This document shows, in pieces, positions 24,501-36,500 of a DNA stretch of 64,000 nucleotides. Within the stretch, counting starts at the first letter, position 1. Each line of letters begins with the position of its first letter. This DNA is from Scyliorhinus canicula (taxonomy: Eukaryota): contig NW_024055500.1 of the NCBI RefSeq assembly GCF_902713615.1, forward strand, positions 4,700,135-4,764,134, in the 5' to 3' direction. Made by a program: the position numbers and the translations under genes. The notes under the pieces are model-generated. The model was not told the DNA's origin. It was given only the letters and a program-made list of their open reading frames with translations, and searched no databases.

Positions 24501-27500
24501 ATTCAGGAATTGCAACACCAAGCGACATAAAGAAGTGTTTGGATCAAACATAGAACATAGAACAGTACAGCACAGAACAGGCCCTTCGGCCCTCGATGTT
24601 GTGCCGAGCAATGATCACCCTACTCAAACCCACATATCCACCCTATACCCGTAACCCAATAACCCCCCCCCCTTAACCTTACTTTTTAGGACACTATGGG
24701 CAATTTATCGCGGCCAATCTACCCAACCCGCACATCTTTGGACTGTGGGAGGAAACCGGAGCACCCGGAGGAAACCCACGCACACACGGGGAGGACGTGC
24801 AGACTCCGCACAGACAGTGACCCAAGCCGGGAATCGAACCTGGGACCCTGGAGCTGTGAAGCATTTATGCTAACCACCATGCTACCGTGCTGCCCCTTTA
24901 AAATAACAAATAACAAGCAAAACCATTTGTCAAAGCGGTTCATTGTCTCAAAGGAGCAGGGAGCAAAAATGGTGGATTGAGGGAGAGAGCACTGGAAAGG
25001 CGGAGCCAAAAGCATGGACAACCAATGGTGGAGCGATAGAAATTCGGCCATGAGGGGGCGCTCAAGGGTCCGGATTGGTAGGGAACTCAGAGCATTGGAG
25101 GGACTGCATGGGTTCAAACAGATATGGAGGGATGTATGGATTGGAGTGGGGTTGTAGAGGGCTGGAGTAGGTAGGAAGGTTGTGGGGCTGGAGGAGGTTA
25201 CAGAGATAGGGAGAGTTGTAGGGGCTGGAGGAGGTTCCAGAGATAGGGAGGGTTGCAGGGGCTGGAGGAAGTTCCAGAGATAGGGAGGGTTGCAGGGGAT
25301 GGAAGTTACAGAGATAGGGAGGGGTGTAGGGGCTGGAGGAGGTTACAGAGATAGGGAGTGTTGGAGGGACTGGAGGAGGTTACAAAGATAGGGAGGGTTG
25401 TGGGGGCTGGAGGAGGGTACAGAGATAGGGAGGGTTGTAGGGTCTGGAGGAGGTTCCAGAGATAGGGAGCATTGTAGGGGCTGGAAGTTCCCACGATAGG
25501 GAGGGTAGTAGGGACTGGATGAGGTTATAGAGACAGGAAGGATTGTCGGCAGCTGGAGGAGATTACAGAAATGGGGAGGGTTGTGGGGGCTGGAGGAGTT
25601 ACAGAGATAGGGAGGGTTGTAGGTGGCTGGAGGAGTTACAGAGAAAGGGAGGATTGTAGGGGGCTGGAGGAGGCTACAAAGATAGTGAGGGTTGTAGGGG
25701 GCTGGAGGGGGTTATAGAGATAGGGGGATGTAAGGGGCTGGAGGAGGTTAGAGACAGGGAGGGTTGTAGGGACTGGAGTAATTTACAGAGATAGAGGATT
25801 GTAGGGTTCTGGAGGAGGTTATAGAGGTGGGGGGGGTTGTAGAGGCTGGAGGAGGTGATACAGATAGGGACGGGTGTAGGGACTGGAAAATGTTACGGAG
25901 ATAGCGAGGGTTATAGGGGCTGGAGGAGGTTACAGAGATAGGGAGGATTGTAGGGGCTGGAGGAGGTTACAGAGATAGGGAGGGGTGTAGGGACTGGAAA
26001 ATGTTACGGAGATAGCGAGGGTTGTAGGGGCTGGAGGAGGTTACAGAGATAGGGAGGGTTGTAGAGGATGGAGGAGGTTACAGAGGCAGGGAAGAAGGTC
26101 GTAGTGGGTGGAGGAGGTTACAGAGATAGGAAGGGGTGTAGTGGGCTGGACGAGGTTACAGAGATAGGGAGGAATGTAGGGGATGGAGGAGGTTACAAAT
26201 ATAGGGTGGGTTGTAGGGGGCCGGAGGGGGTTACTGAGATAGGGAGGGTTGTAGGGGCTGGAGGAGGTTATAGAGATAGGGAGGGATGTAGGGGCTGGAG
26301 GAGGTTATAGAGATAGGGAGGGTTGTAGGGGCTGGAGGAGGTTACAGAGATAGGGAGGGTTGTAGGGGGCTGGAGGGGGTTTCAGAGATAGGGAGGGTTG
26401 TAGGGGCTGGAGGGGGTTACAGAGATAGGGAGGGTTGTAGGGGCTGGAGGAGGTTATAGAGATAGGGAGGGATGTTGGGGCTGGAGGAGGTTACAGAGAT
26501 AGGGAGAGTTGTAGGGGCTGGAGGAGGATACAGAGATAGGGAGGGTTGTAGTGGGCTGGAGGAGGTTACAGAGATAGGGAGGGTTGTAGGGGCTGGAGGG
26601 GGTTACAGAGATTGGGAGGGTTGTAGGGCTGGAGGAGGTTACAGAGATAGGGAGGGTTGGCGGGACTGGAGGAGGTTACAGAGATAGGGAGGGTTGTAGG
26701 GGCTGGAGGAGGTTACACAGATAGCGAGGGTTGTAGGGGGCTGGAGGAGGTTACAGTGATAGGTAAGGATGTAGGGGATGGAGGAGGTTACAGAGATAGG
26801 GTGGGTTGTAGGGGGCTGGAGGGGGTTACAGAGATAGGGAGGGTTGTCCGGGCTGGAGGAGGTTATAGAGATAGGGAGGGTTGTAGGGACTGGAGGTTAC
26901 AGAGATAGGAAGGGGTGTAGGGGGCTGGAGGAGGTTACAGAGATAGGGAGGGGTGTAGGGGCTGGAGGAGGTTACAGAGATAGGGAGGGTTGGCGGGACT
27001 GGAGGAGGTTACAGAGATAGGGAGGGTTGGCGGGACTGGAGGAGGTCACAGAGACAGGGTGTCTAACGATGACCATTAAACCGTTGTCGAACCACGTGAA
27101 ACCAATTTGATTCGCCAATGTTATTTCGGGGAGGATATCTGCCGCCCTGACCTGATCTGGCCACCTGGTGACTTAGAAAAACCCTCTGAAATCTCCTCTG
27201 AAGCCATGGGGAATAAAACCTGGCCCATGAGTAGACACGCACATCCTCTGACAGAATGGGAAGGATGTGCCAGTGTAGGTGGGTGGATTATGGTGTAAGA
27301 TAGTGCCTCATCAATCTCACTGCCATCTAATATCCCTGTCAAGAGATCAGACTTCGAAAAGGACCCCGGAGGAGAGAGATGCTTGCACAGTGTTATGTCT
27401 GCAATTTTCCGGACACATTCGACCCAGGGACCTTGCCGATTTCTTCAGACCAGCTGGGAAGGTATGGATAGTAACCATTGATCTGTATCTCACCCTGTGC

Positions 27501-30500
27501 TGTACCTGTCCTGCGAGTGTTTGATGGGGATAGTGTAGTGGGAGCTTTACTCTGTATCTAACCCCGTGCTGTACCTGTCCTGGGAGTGTTTGATGGGGAC
27601 AGTGTAGAGGGAGCTTTACTCTGTATCTAACCCGTGCTGTACCTTTCCTGGGAGTGTTTGATGGGGACAGTGTACAGGGAGCTTTACTCTGTATCTAACC
27701 CCGTGCTGTACCTGTCCTGGGAGTGTTTGATGGGGACAGTGTAGAGGGAGCTTTACTCTGTATCTAACCCCGTGCTGTACCTTTCCTGCGAGTGTTTGAT
27801 GGGGACAGTGCAGAGGGAGCTTTACTCTGTAACTAACCCCGTGCTGTACCTTTCCTGGGAGTGTTTGATGTGGACAGTGTCGAGGGAGCTTCACTCTGTA
27901 TCTCACCCCGTGCTGTACCTGTCCTGAGAGTGTTTGATGGGGACAGTGTAGAGGGAGCTTTACTCTGTATCTAACCCTGTGCTGTACCTGTCCTGGGAGT
28001 GTCAGTGTAGAGGGAGATTTACTCTGTATCTAACCCGTGCTGCATCAGGCCTGGGAGAGTTTGATGGGGACAGTGTGGAGGGAGCTTTACTCTGTATCTA
28101 ACCCCATGCTGTACCTGTCTTGGGAGAGTTTGATGGGGACATGCAGAGGGAGCTTTACTCTGTATCTAACCCTGTGTTGTACCTGTCCTGGGAGTGTTTG
28201 ATGGGGACAGTGTAGAGGGAGCTTTACTCTGTATCTAACCCCGTGCTGTAACTGTCCAGGGAGTGTTTGATGGGGACAGCGGAGAGGGAGCTTTACTCTG
28301 TATCGAACCCCGTGCTACACCTGTCCAGGGAGTGTTTGATGGGGACAGTGTAGAGGGAGCTTTACTCTGTATCTAACCCCGTGCTGTACCTTCCCTGGGA
28401 GTGTTTGATGGGGACAGTGTCGAGGGAGCTTTACTCTGTATCTAACCACGTGCTGTACCAGTCCTGGGAGTGTTTGATGGGGACAGTGTAGAGGGAGCTT
28501 TACTCTGTATCTAACCCCGTGCTGTACCTGTCCTGGGAGTGTTTCATGGGGACAGTGTGGAGGGAGCTTTACTCTGTATCTAACCCCGTGCTGTACCTGT
28601 CCTGGGAGTGTTTTATGGAGACAGTGTAGAGGGAGCTTTACTCTGTACCTAATGTCTCTTCTACCTTGATAGGTTCGAGATGTGAAGATCATATCAGACA
28701 GGAGCTCGCGCAGATCAAAAGGCATTGCTTACGTTGAGTTTTATGAGATGGATTCTGTCGCATTGGCCATCAATCTCTCAGGATCGAGACTGTTCGGAAT
28801 TCCTATCATTGTTCAAGCATCTCAGGTACATTAACATCAGGTATTTTGGAATCATCACCACCAACTGTCAGTACCTAGGGCGCGCTGCACTGTCAGAGGG
28901 TCAGTACTGAGGGAGCGCTTCACTGTCAGAGTGTCAGTACTGAGGGAGTGCTGCACTGTCAGAGGGTCAGTAATGAGGGAGTGCTTCACTGTCAGAGGGT
29001 CAGTACTGAGGGAGTGCCGCACTGTCAGAGGGTCAGTACTGAGCGAGTGCCGCACTGTCAGAGGGTCAGTACTGAGGGAGCGCTGCACTGTCAGAGGGTC
29101 AGTACTGAGGGAGTGCCGCACTGTCAGAGGGTCAGCATTGAGGGAGAGCCGCACTGTCAGGTGGTCAGTACTGATGGAGCGCCGCTCTGTCAGAGGGTCA
29201 GTACTGAGGGAGTGCCGCTCTGTCAGAGGGTCAGTACAGAGGGAGTGCCGCACTGTCAGAGGGTCAGTCCTGAGGGAGTGCCGCACTGTCAGATGGTCAG
29301 TACTGAGGGAGTGCTGCACTGTCAGAGAGTCAGTACTGAGGGAGTGCCGCACTGTCAGAGGGTCAGTACTGAGGGAGTGCCGCACTGTCAGAGGGTTAGT
29401 ACTGAGGGAGTGCCGCACTGTCAGAGGGTCAGTACTGAGGGAGTGCCGCACTGTCAGAGGGTCAGTACTGAGGGAGCGCCGCACTGTCAGAGGGTCAGTA
29501 CTGAGGGTGTGCCTCACTGTCAGAGGGTCAGTACCGAGGGAGTGCCGCACTGTCAGAGGGTCAGTACTGAGGGAGCACCGCACCATCAGAGGGTCAGTAC
29601 TGAGGGAGCGCCGCACTGTCAGAGGGTCAGTACTGAGGGAGTGCTGCACTGTCAGAGGGTCAGTACTGAGGGAGTGCTGCACTATCAGAGGGTCAGTACT
29701 GAGGGATCACTGCACTGAGGGTCAGTACTGAGGGAGCTCCGCACTGTCAGAGGGTCAGTATTGAGGGAGCGCCACACTGTCAGAGGGTCAGTACTGAGGG
29801 AGTGCTGCACTATCAGAGGGTCAGTACTGAGGGAGTGCCACACCATCAGAATGTCAGGACTGAGGGAGCACCGGACGGTCAGAGGGTCAGTAGTGAGGGA
29901 GTGCCGCACTGTCAGAGNNNNNNNNNNNNNNNNNNNNNNNNNNNNNNNNNNNNNNNNNNNNNNNNNNNNNNNNNNNNNNNNNNNNNNNNNNNNNNNNNNN
30001 NNNNNNNNNNNNNNNNNNNNNNNNNNNNNNNNNNNNNNNNNNNNNNNNNNNNNNNNNNNNNNNNNNNNNNNNNNNNNNNNNNNNNNNNNNNNNNNNNNNN
30101 NNNNNNNNNNNNNNNNNNNNNNNNNNNNNNNNNNNNNNNNNNNNNNNNNNNNNNNNNNNNNNNNNNNNNNNNNNNNNNNNNNNNNNNNNNNNNNNNNNNN
30201 NNNNNNNNNNNNNNNNNNNNNNNNNNNNNNNNNNNNNNNNNNNNNNNNNNNNNNNNNNNNNNNNNNNNNNNNNNNNNNNNNNNNNNNNNNNNNNNNNNNN
30301 NNNNNNNNNNNNNNNNNNNNNNNNNNNNNNNNNNNNNNNNNNNNNNNNNNNNNNNNNNNNNNNNNNNNNNNNNNNNNNNNNNNNNNNNNNNNNNNNNNNN
30401 NNNNNNNNNNNNNNNNNAAACCCAGCTCAACCCAACCCCACTCAACCCAACCCAACTCAACTCAACTGAACCCAACTCAACCCAACCCAACTCATACCAA

Positions 30501-33500
30501 CTCAACCCAACTGAAGTCAACACAACTCAACCCAACTCATCCCAACTCAACCCAACCCAACCCAACTCAACTCACCTCAACCCAACTCAGCTCACCGCAA
30601 CCCAACTCACATCAACCCAACTCAACTCATCCCAACTCAACCCAACCCAACCCAACTCAATACAACCCAACCCAAAACAACACAACTCAACTCCACTCAA
30701 CCCAACACAACTCAACACCACCCAACCCATCTCAACCGAGCCCAACCCAACACAACTCAACCCAACTCACAACCCAACTCAACAGAACCCAACTCAACAG
30801 AACCCAACTCAACAGAACCCAACTCAACTCAACCCAGGTCAACCCAACCCAACACAACTTAATCCAACCTAACTCAATTCAACTCAACCCAACCCAACCA
30901 CACCCAACTCAACCCAACCCAAGAACTCAACCTAACCAACTCAATTCCACTCAACCCAACTCAACTCAACCCAACCTAACCCAATCCAACACAACTCAAC
31001 TTAACTCAATCCAACTGAACCCAACTGAACCCAACTGAACTAAACACAACTCAACCCAACTCATCCCAACTCAACCCAACTCAACCCAACCCAACTCAAT
31101 TGAACCCAACTCAACCAACCTAACTGAACCCAACTGAAGTTAACACAACTCAACCCAACTCATTCCAACTCAACTCAACCCAACTCTACCCAACCCAACT
31201 CAACCTTACCCAACTCAACTCAACTGAACCCAACTCAACCCAACCCAACTCATACCAACTCAACCCAACTGAAGTCAACACAACTCAACCCAACTCAACC
31301 CAACTCATCCAAACTCAACTCAACCCAATCCAACTCAACCTAACCCAACCCAACTCAACCCAAATCAACCCAACCCAACTCAACCGAACTCAACTCAACA
31401 AAATGCAACCCAAGTCAACTTAACCCAATCCAACGCAACCAAACCCAACCCAACTCAACCCAACCCCACTGACCCAACTCAACTCAAAACAACTCAAACC
31501 AACTCATTCCAACTCAACCCAACCCAACTCAACTCAACTGAACCCAACTCAACTCAACCCAACTCAATTGAACCCAACTCAACCCAACCTAACTGAACCC
31601 AACTGAAGTTAACACAACTCAACCCAACTCATTCCAACTCAACCCAACCCAACTCTACCCAACCCAACTCAACCTTACCCAACTCAACTCAACTGAACCC
31701 AACTCAACCCAACCCAATTCATACCAACTCAACCCAACTGAAGTCAACACAACTCAACCCAACTCATCCAAACTCAACTCAACCCAATCCAACTCAACCT
31801 AACCCAACCCAACTCAACCCAAATCAACCCAACCCAACTCAACCGAACTCAACTCAACACAATTCAACCCAAGTCAACTTAACCCAATCCAACGCAACCA
31901 AACCCAACCCAACTCAACCCAACCCCACTGACCCAACTCAACTCAAAACAACTCAAACCAACTCATCCCAACTCAACCCAACCCAACTCAACTCAACTGA
32001 ACCCAACTCAACTCAACCCAACTCATACCAACTCAACCCAACTGAAGTCAACACAACTCAACCCAACTCATCCCAACTCACCTCAACCCAACCCAACCCA
32101 ACTAAACTCACCGCAACCCAACTCACATCAACCCAATTCAACTCATCCCAACTCAACCCAACCCAACCAAGCCCAACTCAACCCAACCCAACTCAATACA
32201 ATCCAACCCAAAACAACCCAACTCAACTCCACTCAACCCAACACAACTCAACCCAACCCAACCCATCTCAACCGAACCCAACTCAACTCAACCCAGCCCA
32301 ACCAAACACAACCCAACACAACCCAACACAACCCAACACAACCCAACCCAACACAACTCAACCTAACCCAAACCAACCCAACTCAACCCAAACCAACCCA
32401 ACTCAACTCCACTCAACCCAATACAACCCAACCAAACACAACTCAACTCAACCCAACACAACACAACTCAACCCAACCCAACCCAACTGAACCCAACCCA
32501 ACCCAATTCAACTTAACCGAACTCAACTCAACCAACCAATTTAACACAACACAAATCAAAATAACCCAACCCAACTCAACACAATGCAATCCAACTCAAC
32601 TCAACCCAACCCAACTCAACCCAACTCAACCCAACCGATCAACCCAACTCAACCCAACCCAATTCACCTCAACCCTACCCAACCCAACCCAACTCAAACC
32701 ACCCCAACTCAACCCAACTTAACTAATCTCAGCCCACCCAACACAACTCAACCCAACCCAATACAACCCAACACAACTCCGCTCAACCCAACTCACCTCA
32801 ACCCAGCCCAACTCAACTCAACCCAACTCAACCTCGCCCAATCTAACTCAACCCAACACAACTCAACTCAACGCAACACAACCCAAACAAACTCAATCCA
32901 ACCCAACCCAACCTAACCCATCTCGACCCATTTGAACCCAATGTGAACCAACTGAATCCAACTGAACTCAACACAACTCAACACAACTCATCATAACTCA
33001 ACCCAACCCAACCCATCTCAACCCAACTCAACACAACCAACTCAACTCAACCCAAGTCAACCCAACCCAACACAACGCAACGCAACCCAACTCAACTCAA
33101 CACAACTCAAATGAACACAACCAAACACAACCCAACACAACCCAACTCGACCCAACCCAACACAACTCAACCCAACCCAACCCAACTGAACCCAGCTCGA
33201 CCCAATTGAACCCAATGTAACCCAACTGAACCGAACTGAACTCAACACAACTCAACACAACTCAACCCAACTCAACCCAAACCAACACAACTCAACCCAA
33301 CACAACACAATTCAACTCAACTCAACTCAACTGAACCCAACTGAACCCAAGTGAACCCAGCTCAACTCAACCCAACTCAACCCAACCCAAACCAACCCAA
33401 CTCAACTCGACTCAACCCAACACAATTCAATACAACCCAACCCAACTCAACCCAACCCAACTCAACTTATCCCAACCCAACCAAATCCAACTCAACACAA

Positions 33501-36500
33501 CTCACCTCATCCCAACTCAACTCAACCCAGCCCAACCTAACTCAACCCAACCAAACCCAACTCAACCCAACCCAACTCAACTCAACACAACTCAACCCAA
33601 CTAAACACAACCCAACCCAACCCAACTCAACCCAACCCAACGCAACTCATCTCAACCCAACTCAAATCAACTCAACCCAACCCAACTCATCTCAACGCAA
33701 CCCAACCCAACTCACCCCAACCAACTCAACCCAACCCCAGTGATCCCAACCCAACTCAACCCAACTCAAATTAACTCATCTTAACCCAACTCAAATCAAC
33801 TCAACCCAACCCAACTCAAATCAACTCAACCCAACTGATCTCAACGCAACCCAACCCAACTCACCCCAACCAACTCAACCCAACCCCACTGATTCCAACC
33901 CAACTCAACCCAACCCAACTCAACCCAACCCAACTCAACCGAACCCAACTCAACCGAATGCAACTCAACCCAACCCAACCCAACTCAACCCAACCCAACC
34001 CAACTCAATCCAACCTAACTCAACTCAACCCAACGCAACTCAACCCAACCCAACTCAACCCGACTCAACTCAACCCAACCCAACTCATCTCAACTCAACT
34101 CAACCCAACCCAATTAATCTCAACCCAACTCAACTCAACCCAACTCACCTCAACCCAACCCTACTAATCTCAACCCAACTCAACCCAACCCAACTCAACT
34201 CAACCCAACTCAACCCAACCCAATCCAACTCAACCCAACCCAACTCAACCCAACCCAACCCAACTCAACCCAACCCAACCCAACTCAACCCAACAACCCA
34301 ACCCATCTCAACTCAACCCAACCCAATCCAACTCAACCCAACCCAACCAAATGCAGCCAATTGGAGTGATCTGATGTGACAATTCCCAACAGCATTTTTC
34401 CACCTTATCCCCATAACCCTCCATTCCCTCGCTGAATTAAAACATGTCTATCTTAGTCTTGCACATACTTAACAATCCGACCTCTACGCTGTCTATGGTA
34501 AAGAATTCCACTTCCCTCTGAGAGAAGAAATTCCTCCTCATCTCTGTGTGAAATGGGTGACTCCTTACTTTGGTCTAAGCTCTCCCACGCGGGGAAACAT
34601 CCTCTCAGTATCGACCCTGTCAAACGCCCTGAGAATCTGATATGTCTCAATCAGGTCCCCTTATCATGCTTCTAAACTCCAATGAGTAACAGACCCAACC
34701 TACTCAACCTCTCCTCAATAGAAAATCCCTCCCTACCCGGGATTAACATTGTGAACCTTCTCTAGACGACCTCCATCGCCGGTATATCTTTCCTTAGATA
34801 AGGGGACCAGAATTGTTCACGGTATTCCAGGTGTGGTCTAACTAGTGCCCTGTATAGTTTTAGCAAGACTTCCCTATTCTTATACTCCATTCCCTTAGGT
34901 AGAGTCCAAAATGTCCCATTCATTCTCCCTCCCTGTTTCCTGCCCTTTAACCAATCCTTGATCCACACTAATGTATCACTCCGATCCACCGTATCCCTCC
35001 TCCCCCCACAATGTGAACAGGCGGAGAAGAATCGGACAAGCGCTCTGGTCAGCGGGCAACAGAAAGGGCAGGCGGGCCCCACGAGGCTCTATGTGGGATC
35101 GCTCCATTCCAACATCACGGAGGAAATGCTGAGGGGGATCTTTCAACCATTTGGAAAGGTGGGTGTTACTCATTCCCGCTCCGTCTCCCACTCATCCTCC
35201 CTCTCACTCTGTCACTTCCTGTTTCTCTGCGCCTCTCTCTCTCTCTGTCTCTCTATATCTCTCCCTCGATTCGTCTCTCTGCCTCTCTCTCTGTCTATGT
35301 CTCTCTCTCTCTCTCTCCATCTCTGTCCCTCTCTCTNNNNNNNNNNNNNNNNNNNNNNNNNNNNNNNNNNNNNNNNNNNNNNNNNNNNNNNNNNNNNNNN
35401 NNNNNNNNNNNNNNNNNNNNNNNNNNNNNNNNNNNNNNNNNNNNNNNNNNNNNNNNNNNNNNNNNNNNNNNNNNNNNNNNNNNNNNNNNNNNNNNNNNNN
35501 NNNNNNNNNNNNNNNNNNNNNNNNNNNNNNNNNNNNNNNNNNNNNNNNNNNNNNNNNNNNNNNNNNNNNNNNNNNNNNNNNNNNNNNNNNNNNNNNNNNN
35601 NNNNNNNNNNNNNNNNNNNNNNNNNNNNNNNNNNNNNNNNNNNNNNNNNNNNNNNNNNNNNNNNNNNNNNNNNNNNNNNNNNNNNNNNNNNNNNNNNNNN
35701 NNNNNNNNNNNNNNNTCTCTTGGTCTCTCTTTGTCTCTCGGCCTCTATCTCTGTGTCTCTCACTGTCTGTCTCTCTCTCTCTTTCTGTATCTCTCTCTGT
35801 CGCTCTGTGTCTCTCTCTCTCTGTTTCTCAATCTCTCTGCCTCCCACTCATGTTCTCTCTGTGTCTCGTCTCAGTTCCTGTCTCTTTCTTTCTCTGCCCC
35901 CTCTCTCTCTCTCGATCCCTCTCTGCCTCTCTTCCCCTCTCGATCTCTCCATCTCTCTCACTCACTGTATATGTTTCTCTCCCCCCACCCACCTTACTCT
36001 CTCTTCTATATTTCTTTCTCCCTCAGTCTCACTCGCTCGATCCCACATTCTCTGTCTGTCTGCCTCTCTCTCCCTCCCCTTCTCTGTCTCTCTCTCCCTT
36101 TCTTTCCCTGTCTGTCTCGCTCTCCTTCTCCCATTCTCTCTGTCTTATTCTCTCCCTGATAGTCACTCTCTCTCCCCTGATAGTCTCTCCCTCTCTCTCT
36201 CTGTTTCTTCGCTGTTGCTCTCTCTGTCTCTCACCTTCAGCTCCATCAAATTAATTACTCTGAACTCTCTCTCTCCCAGATTGACAGTTTACATGTGATC
36301 AAGGATACAGAGAGCGGCATTTCGAGAGGTTACGCATTTGTGACGGTAAGTTACCCAGCCCCACGGTGACCCTCTCCCACCGGGAATACTGAATACGCTC
36401 CCAGGGATCGAATCCCACCATGAAAACATTAGGAATTGAAGTTCAGTTCATAAATCTGGAATTGAGGCCGGGATTCTCCTCCACCCAGCGATGCGGGGGG

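Noticed and set aside
24547-24896. tRNA genes at SINE heads
   Set aside because: A/B boxes are followed by the V-domain core and LINE-like tails, so these are SINEs rather than tRNAs.
30419-34352. Mucin-like or antifreeze-like PTQ/NSTQ protein; interstitial telomere
   Set aside because: ORFs are products of a 5-bp repeat with frequent frameshifts, and the unit is not TTAGGG.
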